A DNA stretch of 32,000 nt from positions 1,350,001 through 1,382,000 of the forward strand of contig NZ_CP011304.1 of the NCBI RefSeq assembly GCF_000981785.2. The letters are read 5' to 3'. Source of the stretch: Microcystis aeruginosa NIES-2549. Lineage in GTDB: Bacteria; Cyanobacteriota; Cyanobacteriia; Cyanobacteriales; Microcystaceae. The translations under genes and the position numbers were made by a program. This document shows, in pieces, positions 8,896 through 18,291 of the stretch. The notes under the pieces were generated by a model, which worked only from the letters and a program-made list of their open reading frames with translations, searched no databases and was not told the DNA's origin. Position 1 is the first letter of the stretch. Each line of letters starts with the position of its first letter.

Positions 8896-9282
8896 TTAAG
8901 CTTCTACTGGTTCTTCTGATTCCGTTTGTTTGAGGTGGATGTGCTTGTAGCCAAGTTTGATTTCAAATTCATCCCCGGGCTGCAAGTTCATTTGTTCGGT
9001 ATAGGTGGAACCGATGACGATTTGACCATTTTTATGGACACTAACCCGGAAAGTGGGTTCGCGGCCGCGGCCATCTTTAGTGCCTTCGGGATCGAGAGGA
9101 ACGCCTTTTGCACCCAAAACAGCATCGTAAAAGTCGGTTAAATTAACCCGAACTTGGCCATCTTTACTTTGGGAGTAGTAACCACAACGTTTTGCCGTTT
9201 CGCGACGGGGTAAGTGGGCCAACTCTTTGACTTTTTGTAGTAGAGCTTTCCCGGTTAGGGGAGTAGGAGAGATATCACTCAT
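8896..9282 (-). CDS. Cyanobacterial AbrB-family transcriptional regulator (cyAbrB/CalA-like)
   Basis: 128 aa. The C-terminal SpoVT/AbrB-like segment is IVIGSTYTEQMNLQPGDEFEIKLG. The N-terminal region is typical of the cyAbrB clade. Confidence 0.8.
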   Translation of the reverse strand: MSDISPTPLTGKALLQKVKELAHLPRRETAKRCGYYSQSKDGQVRVNLTDFYDAVLGAKGVPLDPEGTKDGRGREPTFRVSVHKNGQIVIGSTYTEQMNLQPGDEFEIKLGYKHIHLKQTESEEPVEA

Positions 9283-9805
9283 GGTACTTTTAAATGTCCC
9301 TTGATTTTTGACTGACTGTCAATTAAGTTTACACTGACAAATTGATCATACCAAAAATCTTGCCAAAAATGTCTAGAGGGGAATAATAAATTTTTTAAAA
9401 CTGATGGTTCGATGATGACAATCGTGCTAAGAAGACCCCAGACTAGGTAGTAAGTGTAAACCTTGTGGGGGAGAGGAAATTTTTGGTTAAGACTCTCGCA
9501 ATTTTTGGTCGGGTGCGAAGAAAACAGGGGGGAGAAAGTAAGGACATAAAACGGATCAAGCTATACCCAGCAAGGAATTGAGAAACTATACTTGTGGTTG
9601 GAGTTGGCAAAAAACTAATGACCCAGAGCAGTAAATCCGGGGTGATTAAACTGTTTTCGATCGACTTGCCCATCTATGATTAGGTCTAGATACTCACCCC
9701 TTGGCTAAACCGACTGGGGAAAATCTTAAGGATTAATTACCATTACTAGCTCCCCTTTGGCCCGTTAACATCGATTATCCTGAGTATTAGGAGTCCCTCA
9801 CCCCC

Positions 9806-10798
9806 GTGCCGAGTATGGAAATTTCTTTTAAAATTCTGCGTCAACGACCCAACGACAGCCCCTACCTAGAAAATTTTACCCTAGAGGTGGAGGCGGGAAA
9901 TACAATTCTCGACTGCCTTAATCGCATCAAATGGGAACTTGATGGAACTTTGGCCTTTCGTAAAAATTGCCGCAATACAATTTGTGGCAGCTGTGCTATG
10001 AAAATTAACGGTCGTTCGGCCTTGGCTTGTCAACAAAATATCGCCAGTGAATTAAACCATTGTAGCCAAAAAGATGCCGGAGAAATTCCCGAAATCACGA
10101 TCGCACCCCTAGGCAATTTACCAATTATCCGGGATTTAATCGTCAATATGCAACCGTTTTGGGACGATTTAGAAAGGGTTGAACCTTATATTAGTAGTCA
10201 AGCGCGCACCATTCCCGAACGAGAATTTCTGCAAACTCCAGAAGAAAGAGCCAATCTCAATCAGATGGGTAACTGCATTATGTGCGGGGCCTGTTATTCG
10301 GAATGTAACGCCAAGCAAGTCAATCCCGATTTTGTCGGGCCCCACGCTTTGGCAAAAGCGCAGCGCACCCTAGCAGATTCTCGCGATGGTAATCAAGAAG
10401 GTCGTCTAGAACTTTATAACCAAGGCACCGCAGGGGTTTGGGGGTGTACCCGTTGCTATTTCTGTAATGCGGTTTGTCCCATGGAAGTGGACCCCATGGA
10501 TCAGATCGGTAAAATTAAACAGGAAATACTCGCTCGCAAGTCGGCCGATAGTAGTCGTCCCATTCGTCACCGAAAAGTTTTAGTGGAATTAGTCAAAGCA
10601 GGGGGATGGGTGGATGAACGCCAATTCGGCCTCTATGTGCTGGGCAATTATTGGCGCGATTTACAGGGTTTATTAAGTATTGCCCCCCTGGGATTGCGGA
10701 TGATTGCTAAGGGTAAATTTCCCACTTCCTTTGAAGCTTCCGAGGGAACCGAGGAAGTAAGAGGTTTAATTACTGCCATTCAAAATTCTCGCTCTTGA
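9806..10798 (+). CDS. sdhB: Succinate dehydrogenase/fumarate reductase iron-sulfur subunit
   Basis: Three Cys clusters are present: CRNTICGSC (2Fe-2S), CIMCGACYSEC (4Fe-4S) and CTRCYFCNAVCP. The start is GTG at 9806 or ATG at 9815. Confidence 0.8.
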   Translation: MPSMEISFKILRQRPNDSPYLENFTLEVEAGNTILDCLNRIKWELDGTLAFRKNCRNTICGSCAMKINGRSALACQQNIASELNHCSQKDAGEIPEITIAPLGNLPIIRDLIVNMQPFWDDLERVEPYISSQARTIPEREFLQTPEERANLNQMGNCIMCGACYSECNAKQVNPDFVGPHALAKAQRTLADSRDGNQEGRLELYNQGTAGVWGCTRCYFCNAVCPMEVDPMDQIGKIKQEILARKSADSSRPIRHRKVLVELVKAGGWVDERQFGLYVLGNYWRDLQGLLSIAPLGLRMIAKGKFPTSFEASEGTEEVRGLITAIQNSRS

Positions 10799-10860
10799 TA
10801 GTTAGAGTAATTCTGAGATAATTATGATCTATATTCTATTTGACTGGAGAACCCCTTATC

Positions 10861-11863
10861 ATGTTCGATCGAGATAGTATCCGTGGTTTTTCTGCCCTGA
10901 TTACCCTTGTGGGAGTCGCTTCTAGTTTGGGTTTTAGCCTCAACGCACCGGCTTTCTCCCAAGCTATCTCTAACAATTTACCATTACTCTTAGCCCAAAA
11001 AAGCGAAAAGGTGCGAGTAGCGGTTTTAGACTTCGATTATAGCGGTCTTAGTAATCCCCAATGGTTAACATTTCTCAATGGTGGAGCCAGTGGTGTCAGT
11101 GATATTCTCGTCAATAAATTGGTAGAAAGTGGTCGCTATACAGTCATTGAGCGCAGTCGCATTGATGCTGTCCTCAGAGAACAGAATTTGGGGGCTTCGG
11201 GACGGGTAGATGCCGCTACCGCCGCTCAAATCGGGCAAATTTTGGGGGTAGATGTGGTGATTATCGGTTCGATTACCCAATTCGATTTACAAAAAAAAAC
11301 AATCCGGTGGCTCGTTTATTATTTTTAGCACCGCTAAGACAGAAACCGATGCTTTTGTCAAGTTAAATGTCCGGGCAATTAATACCACCACGGCCGAAAT
11401 TATTACCACCGCTCAGGGAGATGGTACTGCCAATCAATCCGATGGTTCAACCGTGGTTTTAGGGGTTGGGGGTGGTTCCCAAACCTCCAACGAAGGGAAA
11501 TTACTCAGTATTGCCACCGATAAGGCAGTAGCGCAGGTGGTGGGTAATCTCAATGATAAAGCCGACCAAATCGCCGCTACACCGCGCTCGCTCCCGACTG
11601 TCACCGCTTTAGTGGCTGCCGTGGCCGGAAATCAGGTAATTCTCAATAAAGGCACGGGAGAGGGTTATCGTGTTGGTTTACGCATTTCCATTGAACGGAC
11701 GACTCAAACGGTCAAGGATCCGCAAACGGGTAAGGTTATCCGTCAGATTACTCAACCGATTGGCACTCTCGAAATTGTCGAAGCTGATGGTCAATCTAGC
11801 GTCGGTCGCATCATTACCGGTAATGGTTTTAAAATCGGAGATTTAGCTAAACCGATTCGTTAA
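10861..11863 (+). pseudogene. CsgG/HfaB-family (curli-secretion-like) lipoprotein gene, interrupted by a +1 frameshift in an A9 tract
   Basis: The N-terminal half contains VAVLDF...VIERSRIDAVLREQNLG...IGQILGVDVVIIGSITQFD, a CsgG-type pattern. It terminates 12 codons after A9 (11291-11299). Removing one A joins it in frame to the 11453-11863 ORF via ...QKKQSGGSFIIFSTAKTETDAFVKLNVRAINTTTAEI... Confidence 0.7.
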
Positions 11864-11865
11864 TT

Positions 11866-11977
11866 GGGGAAGTGGGGAGCGGGGTGTGGGGTGTGGGGAG
11901 CGGGGAGATCGGTAAACTTAAAACTCAAATCTGATAACTGATAACTGATCACTGATAACTGATAAGTGAACACTCAC
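11866..11977. repeat. Composite heptamer module: G-rich array (11866-11912) plus 7 x NACTGAT-like units (11929-11977)
   Basis: Read directly. It starts 3 nt after the CsgG-like stop codon. Confidence 0.9.
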
Positions 11978-12065
11978 GAAAATTTGAAGTTATGTAAAGC
12001 GAAGCCTGGGGTCAGGTAAGACAACCGATAGAATTTATAATCGGAATCCCTTGCATATTCCCTAG

Positions 12066-13058
<993 letters not shown>

Positions 13059-13074
13059 TTTCCGATTTTGAGAC

Positions 13075-13112
13075 TGAAAAGGGACACAAGGTAACTTGTG
13101 TCCTACCGAAGC
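13075..13112. repeat. Hairpin repeat, copy 1 (GGACACAAG-gtaa-CTTGTGTCC core)
   Basis: The 23-nt core GGACACAAGGTAACTTGTGTCCT is identical to 25287-25309. The flanks TGAAAA and CGAAGC are also shared. Confidence 0.85.
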
Positions 13113-13420
13113 GGGGAGCGCCGGGACAGGGAGCAACAGTCCATAACTGGGTTTTTAAAGTTTGATTGGCAGTTAATGATATTATTAAAAACCGATTTGG
13201 TATTAGGCTCTCTTGGATTTGGTGGGTAAAATGTATTCTAAGATACATTCCTCCTAGCGAGGGGCTAGACGAACCACAAAGACAGAAAGAACACAAAGAT
13301 TGATCGATCATATTGTAAGTTAAACTTATCACACAGAACCTAGAAGAGCCATTGTCCAATTGACGAAACGCTCGGCAACCGTAAAGATAGCCTGATCTCT
13401 ATGCTGTTGCCAGATTTTGT

Positions 13421-14662
13421 TTAGCTTTCCCGTTTTTTGACTAGAATGACACCGCAACCGATCACCAGCAATCCTGCGAGGGTTGAGGGTTCGGGTACAG
13501 TTTCCACGCTAAAGGCGAGAAATTGAGTAAATTGGAGCTGGGTAAAGTTATTGTCGCTGACGAGAATTATTGATCGCTTGCCGTTCGGTAAATCGGGGCC
13601 GAAGGTAATCCCCTCCACGTTATCGATGGGGATATTTAACGAGGTCAGATCGAATAATAGGGTTTTCTGGGCGGCCACGATACCCGAAACCCCATTAATA
13701 CTGGGAAAGGCACTAATATCGGTGGCCCCCTCCAGGGAAACCTCGTAGATTTTCACAGTATAGCCCGTATTCCCCGGTGTTATGGAGAAAGAACGTTCTA
13801 GGGAGAGAAAGCGTTTGCCACTATTATCAAGTGCCAGTAAATCGACGAGTCCGTTGACATCGAAAAGGCTTGGAATAGTCGGGGGAAGGGCGATTGGATC
13901 GGTATTGTAGAGGAATTGAGCGATCGGCTGTCCATTAGCGAGATCGTACTGCAATATCCGTGAGGGAGAACCGTTCGTTGGCGTCGCAGCCGGCCCATCC
14001 TGCACAAGCGCGTTCTCGGAGGCCGTGAACAGGAATCGCTGATCTGGGGTGGTGGTCAGACTTTCTAGAGCCAGATTATTGCGAACCCCGCTTGTGGTGG
14101 GAATCGGGTTCGGCGCGGGGATAAACTGGTTTGGAATCGGTAAAGTATCGTTCTGTTGACCGTTGGCCAGCGCGAATCGATTGACAAAGGGATCGAGAAT
14201 CTGATTGTTAGAGACCTCCCCTTCGGAGGAAATATACAGATTAGAACCCACGAGCGCGATCCCTTCTGGATCGAGACTCAGCGCGGGGAAAGTTTGCCCG
14301 TTAGTCTGTAACAGTGGGGTAACACCGGTAAAGGTAACGCCGCTATTCGTCCCATTAACATTAAATAGCGTCGGATTGATCGTTGCGGTGTAGAAACGCG
14401 CCGGGCCGTTCTGAGAGCGATCGTCCGAGATGATGTAAAAGTTATTACCCGCCGGATCGTAGGTAATGCCCGATAATCCCCCGACCGGAACGGAGACACC
14501 GTTCACGGTTCCCGCTGGGCCTGAGGGAATCAACCCCGTGGGAACAATCGATTGACCGAGAAATTGTAAATTTAAAGGCGAAGCTTGAACCGACGAGGTA
14601 GCAAGGAAACCGACCGTTATGCTTCCGGCGATCCCGATGAAAAAACGAGAGGGGGATTTCAT
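13421..14662 (-). CDS. Secreted phytase-like esterase family protein with PEP-CTERM sorting signal
   Basis: Signal peptide MKSPSRFFIGIAGSITVGFLATSSVQA. Motif blocks LDPEGIA, SENALVQDG, LERSF, NVEGITF and SDNNF are typical of the esterase-like-activity-of-phytase family. The C-terminus is VPEPSTLAGLLVIGCGVILVKKRES (PEP, then a TM helix, then a basic tail). Confidence 0.7.
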   Translation of the reverse strand: MKSPSRFFIGIAGSITVGFLATSSVQASPLNLQFLGQSIVPTGLIPSGPAGTVNGVSVPVGGLSGITYDPAGNNFYIISDDRSQNGPARFYTATINPTLFNVNGTNSGVTFTGVTPLLQTNGQTFPALSLDPEGIALVGSNLYISSEGEVSNNQILDPFVNRFALANGQQNDTLPIPNQFIPAPNPIPTTSGVRNNLALESLTTTPDQRFLFTASENALVQDGPAATPTNGSPSRILQYDLANGQPIAQFLYNTDPIALPPTIPSLFDVNGLVDLLALDNSGKRFLSLERSFSITPGNTGYTVKIYEVSLEGATDISAFPSINGVSGIVAAQKTLLFDLTSLNIPIDNVEGITFGPDLPNGKRSIILVSDNNFTQLQFTQFLAFSVETVPEPSTLAGLLVIGCGVILVKKRES

Positions 14663-14868
14663 GATTTCTATCCAAAAAAACATTAGAACTCTTGCAAATT
14701 AATTATATGTTACAATCGTGTGTTAACTAATTTTTTTGGGAAAATTAGTTATTTAGTACATTTGCGCTAAATGAAAGCCTGAAGTTTAACTTTTAACCCA
14801 AAACTCTTTAGATATGCTTTAATCTCTTCGGGTCTAATTCCCCGCCGCTCGCAGGGTATAATAGAAAA

Positions 14869-15015
14869 ATGAGTGAATACATCCATAAGAGCCATAATGT
14901 AAGTGTTTTGCTATATATCGTAAAGCCGTTTTCGACAAACAGGTAGATAGCTTGTTGAAAGAAGTCTGTCTGAAGATGGAAAAACGATAGGAGATCAAGT
15001 TTGTAGAAATTGGGC
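14869..15015 (+). pseudogene. Remnant of an IS200/IS605-family tnpA (Y1 transposase)
   Basis: It reads MSEYIHKSHNVSVLLY, then a frame break, then AVFDKQVDSLLKEVCLKMEKR*EIKFVEIG. This matches the N-terminal ~50 aa of TnpA, with an internal deletion and a stop. The rest is missing. Confidence 0.55.
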
Positions 15016-15348
15016 TGTTCTCGACTTTGTGTGATAATTTTTGCTCATGAAATCGTGAAATGTTTACTGGGAAAAACTTTGAGGACTATTTTGTTAAATA
15101 AACTATCAGTATACTGAGAGGGGGACAAGCACGGGGTTTATGTCTCTTTGTTATAATTCAAAGGCTAGGCTATAATAACTCTTCATAAACACCGATAATT
15201 TTAGTCAAAGACCTAAAAAAGGAAGATCATTATTCTGAGAGCGTGTAATTAGTATAATTAAAGTAAAAATCATTCCAATGTAGCCATAATTAAAAATATT
15301 AATGTAACTGGACTTAAACCTGAACAAATTCAGCAGATACAGGTACTT

Positions 15349-15486
15349 ATGGCCGCATTTAAAGCTCAAAATCAACTCAATAAAAGTGAAACTGAAATTG
15401 ATATGATTGAATACCTGTTGTCAAATCCTATAGAGGTTGATAATTTAGAATTTATGAAACGAGAAGAAATTTATGACAGAACTTAA
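15349..15486 (+). CDS. Putative antitoxin partner of the PIN toxin (possibly N-terminally damaged)
   Basis: A small ORF overlaps the PIN ATG by 14 nt, which is typical TA geometry. The frame is open back to 15262, but the only upstream ATG (15278) is out of frame by one base. No family was recognised. Confidence 0.35.
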   Translation: MAAFKAQNQLNKSETEIDMIEYLLSNPIEVDNLEFMKREEIYDRT

Positions 15487-15583
15487 AAGTCATATTTGTT
15501 TTGTTGAGTCTAATATTTAGCTTTATGCTTTTTCCACTGATAAAAAAGAAGAAAGTAAAAGAATATTGGCAAAACAATTAATT

Positions 15584-17267
15584 AGGGTTTGCTGAAAAAG
15601 TCATTGAAAAGTACAGGTCTCTTAATCAATGATTTCACTTAGCTACAAGCATAAGCTTTAGTTGTTGATTAATTTTTAAGTTATAACTTATCCTAATCAT
15701 TGACCGAGAAAAAGTGCTGTTTTTCCATTTCAGACATAAAAAAGCCCAAAAAACCTGCCTCAACAGGTTAGAAAGATTCATGACTAAAAAAGTAATAGCA
15801 ATCGCTGAAAAGGAAGTATGAGGAAGTTTAGCCATCACTTTACCTAAGCTAAATCTTCTTTTCCCCTGTCCAAATTTGCCCTCTATACAATTCCGAATCC
15901 TCTCATCATCGGTAGCTTGTTTCTTTTGTTCTTTACTAACATTTTTGGCTGGTCTTCCTAATGGGGGACCACTGATTCTGATTCCCCTTTCTTTACACCA
16001 AGCTCGGTTTTCTCTGGTTCGATAAATTTTGTCCACATGAACTGATTCTGGATAGTATCCTGTATAGTCATAATAAGCTTCTATTTGTGCTTTTAAATCT
16101 CCTGATTCATTAAAGTTATCCCAACTAATTCGGTCTAAAAATATGTAACCATCTATACAGCTTGCTGAGAATTTAGCCCCAAATTCTACGGGTTTTCCAG
16201 CTTTTCCTCTGACTATCGGACGGATGTGGGGTTGAGTTAAGCTGACAATTCTGTCTTCAATACTCTGTTTGTTATTTTGGTACATCCAGAGTTGTTGACG
16301 ATAAACTTCTGTGACTACTAACAACAGTTTATAGTCTCTTTTTTTCAAGCTTTGTAGAGAGGCTCCTTCTGCTAAAAGTTGTTCAATATGGTCGAGATTT
16401 CTTTTCAGATATTGCAGTTGTCTTTTCAGAGCTTTTCGTCTTTGTTTGACGGTAGGTTTTCTTTTTTTCGCTACTTCTAAATAACTTTTTCTGGCTAGAA
16501 GACGATAGGTTCTCGGTTTTTGAACAAGTTTTCCTTTTAAAGTTTCATAGAGAATATCAATAATTTTTTCGGTTTGTTTTCTTCCTTGATTTAACAGGTT
16601 TAAATCCGTAGGATAACTAATATCTGCGGGCGCACAACTGGCATCTAAAATTAATTTACCTCGATTTTCTGGTTGACTTTGGGTTTCGCTCTCTAACTTT
16701 TTTTCGGTGTTTTCTTCTTCTTTTATTTCTCTCGAATTTTTGACCATAAAGCGATTCACTTTATTAATTAGTTCCAGAGTGATTCTTTCTCGAAAGTGAA
16801 CCAACATTGACGCTTCAAACCGGGGTTCATTGCTGTAGGATGAAAACCCCAAGAAGTATTGTAAATAAGGATTTTCTTTGATTTGTTCTACCGTTTCTCT
16901 ATCGCTTGTTCCTAATTTTTCTTTAATAATTAATGCTCCGAGTGCTGTCCTGAATGTTTTGGCGGGTGTGCCCATTTCTTCTGAAAAAAGTGATGCGTAT
17001 TCCGCTTCAAATTCTGACCAGGGAATGAGGTTGGCCATAATTACCCAACGATTGTCTTGGGATAATTTCCCCTCAAAGGGCAGCTCGAAGTTTTCTGGTG
17101 GGGTTGAGGGTAACTCGCTTTTACGGTACATTAGCACTAATTAGAGAAGATGCAAGGGTGATGCAAGGGTTTTAAGAGATTCTAGCAGATTTAAGTGCAT
17201 TTGGGAAGCTCTCAATCAAGCTAAAAGCCCTTTCCTGTAAGGTTTTTACCATTATTCAGCAAACCCT
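15584..17267 (-). mobile_element. IS5-superfamily (IS5/IS1182-like) insertion sequence, 1684 bp
   Basis: Perfect terminal inverted repeats AGGGTTTGCTGAA / TTCAGCAAACCCT, with 4-bp direct repeats AATT at 15580-15583 and 17268-17271. The exact ends are ambiguous by +/-2 nt because the flank is palindromic (TTAATTAGGG...CCCTAATTAA). A single 500-aa transposase ORF lies inside. Confidence 0.85.
15635..17137 (-). CDS. DDE transposase (InsH-like N-terminal domain, IS5 superfamily)
   Basis: The N-terminal block PAKTFRTALGALIIKEKLGTSDRETVEQIKENPYLQYFLGF is typical of the DUF772/InsH N-terminal domain. The ORF is intact at 500 aa. The start is at 17137 or 17131 (MYRKSE). Confidence 0.8.
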   Translation of the reverse strand: MLMYRKSELPSTPPENFELPFEGKLSQDNRWVIMANLIPWSEFEAEYASLFSEEMGTPAKTFRTALGALIIKEKLGTSDRETVEQIKENPYLQYFLGFSSYSNEPRFEASMLVHFRERITLELINKVNRFMVKNSREIKEEENTEKKLESETQSQPENRGKLILDASCAPADISYPTDLNLLNQGRKQTEKIIDILYETLKGKLVQKPRTYRLLARKSYLEVAKKRKPTVKQRRKALKRQLQYLKRNLDHIEQLLAEGASLQSLKKRDYKLLLVVTEVYRQQLWMYQNNKQSIEDRIVSLTQPHIRPIVRGKAGKPVEFGAKFSASCIDGYIFLDRISWDNFNESGDLKAQIEAYYDYTGYYPESVHVDKIYRTRENRAWCKERGIRISGPPLGRPAKNVSKEQKKQATDDERIRNCIEGKFGQGKRRFSLGKVMAKLPHTSFSAIAITFLVMNLSNLLRQVFWAFLCLKWKNSTFSRSMIRISYNLKINQQLKLMLVAK

Positions 17268-17602
17268 AATTAAAGAAAAGTCCATCATTATCAGTACCCA
17301 AATAATTAATGAGGTTTCTTGTAATTTACTTAAAAAGCATAAGCTTGATGAAAAACAACTGTTTAAATTAATTGTTTCCTTTTATAGCAAATATCAAGTT
17401 ATCTCATTTAATCTTGATATTTTTGAATCTGCATCTAATCTGATAATTCAATACCATCTATCATTTTGGGATAGTTTAGTGATTGCTTGCGCTTTATTTT
17501 ATGATGCAAATATTTTGTATTCAGAAGATATGCAAGATGGTTTAATTATTAATAAAAAATTCACTATTATTAATCCCTTTAAGCAATAAAATTATTTTAC
17601 TG

Positions 17603-17927
17603 GTTAATGATGCTGTCTTTAACATTTCTAAAACCAGTCCTAACGGTACAGTCGTCGGCACAATTAACGCCACTGATGCCGATAACAACCCCTTAACCTA
17701 CAATATCACCGCGGGTAATCCTAACCTCGATGGCGATGGTAAGTAGTCATGCAAAATAAATTTCCTAGTGAAGATAGGCAAGAGGCAAGAGGCAAGAGGC
17801 AAAAGCTTTGTCGAAACGTGTAATTAATTTTGCTCAGGTACTTATCTCCGCCTTTACCATCAATAATAGCGGCCAAATTGCCATGGCTGACTCCGATGAC
17901 AAGGCTGTAGTCATCTCCCTACCCTAA
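17603..17927 (+). pseudogene. 3' remnant of a cadherin-repeat adhesin paralogue, carrying a MITE insertion
   Basis: VNDAVFNISKTSPNGTVVGTINATDADNNPLTYNITAGNPNLDGDG, then the MITE, then ISAFTINNSGQIAMADSDDKAVVISLP*. A 53-nt run (ATTTCTAAAACC...GCCACTGA) is identical to repeat 3 of the giant gene (about 22220-22272). Confidence 0.75.
17742..17842. mobile_element. 101-bp MITE with TA target duplication
   Basis: Termini AGTAgtcatGCAAAAT / ATTTTGCtcaggTACT are imperfect inverted repeats. TA is present at 17740-17741 and 17843-17844. Excision leaving one TA restores the host reading frame (GAT GGT ATC TCC). The element contains 3.5 x GGCAAGA. Confidence 0.65.
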
Positions 17928-18291
17928 CTGACTTGACAAAAGTTGATCAAAATATAACCTTAGCAACATAAATCGGCTTATCCCTAGGTAAATCCTTGCA
18001 GGAGTGCCATTATACCAGATATTTTCTCTCTGCTCGATTTATTTAATAAGCTCTGCTGATGAATGAAAAAAAAAAAAATAAACTAGGCTTATAACTATTC
18101 GCCTCTACAATCTAAGCATTATCCCTAACCAGTGCTAAATTTTCTGACATCCAAGCTTGATTAATGGTTTTGGTGTCTTTAAAGGCAGTTTTCTCCACTA
18201 TTCGCTTACTTATCAACTTTATCTAACTCGAACTAAGGTTCGGGTGGATTCCCTATTGACTCTGTACCATCTTTTTCACACGAGGTATATC

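Larger units (their letters stand above)
15473..17589 (+). pseudogene. PIN-domain (VapC-like) toxin gene, disrupted by an IS insertion and an in-frame TAG
   Basis: The left part is MTELKSHICFVESNI*LYAFSTDKKEESKRILAKQLI (15473-15583). The right part is KEKSIIISTQIINEV...SFWDSLVIACAL...LYSEDMQDG...INPFKQ* (17272-17589). The two parts join in frame once the IS and one AATT copy are removed. Confidence 0.7.

Noticed and set aside
8748-8933. 61-aa plus-strand ORF
   Set aside because: It reads through a strong terminator hairpin and T8 run and overlaps the cyAbrB 3' end. It is probably non-coding.
9443-9673. 76-aa minus-strand ORF in the cyAbrB-sdhB spacer
   Set aside because: No RBS or recognisable motif. 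It lies in a probable promoter/5'-UTR region and has an odd composition.
15578-15583. Alternative IS boundary (termini TTAGGG...CCCTAA with a TTAA duplication)
   Set aside because: The flanks are palindromic, so this reading is formally possible. However, it leaves the PIN halves out of frame. The AGGG...CCCT termini with a 4-bp duplication restore the frame and match the geometry of the related MITE at 27470-27676.
18157-18291. TTG-initiated 45-codon N-terminal extension of the giant ORF
   Set aside because: The extension (MINGFGVFKGSFLHYSL...) is neither signal-like nor homologous to module B's head. ATG 18292 has a GAGG RBS 6 nt upstream, and the domain begins there.
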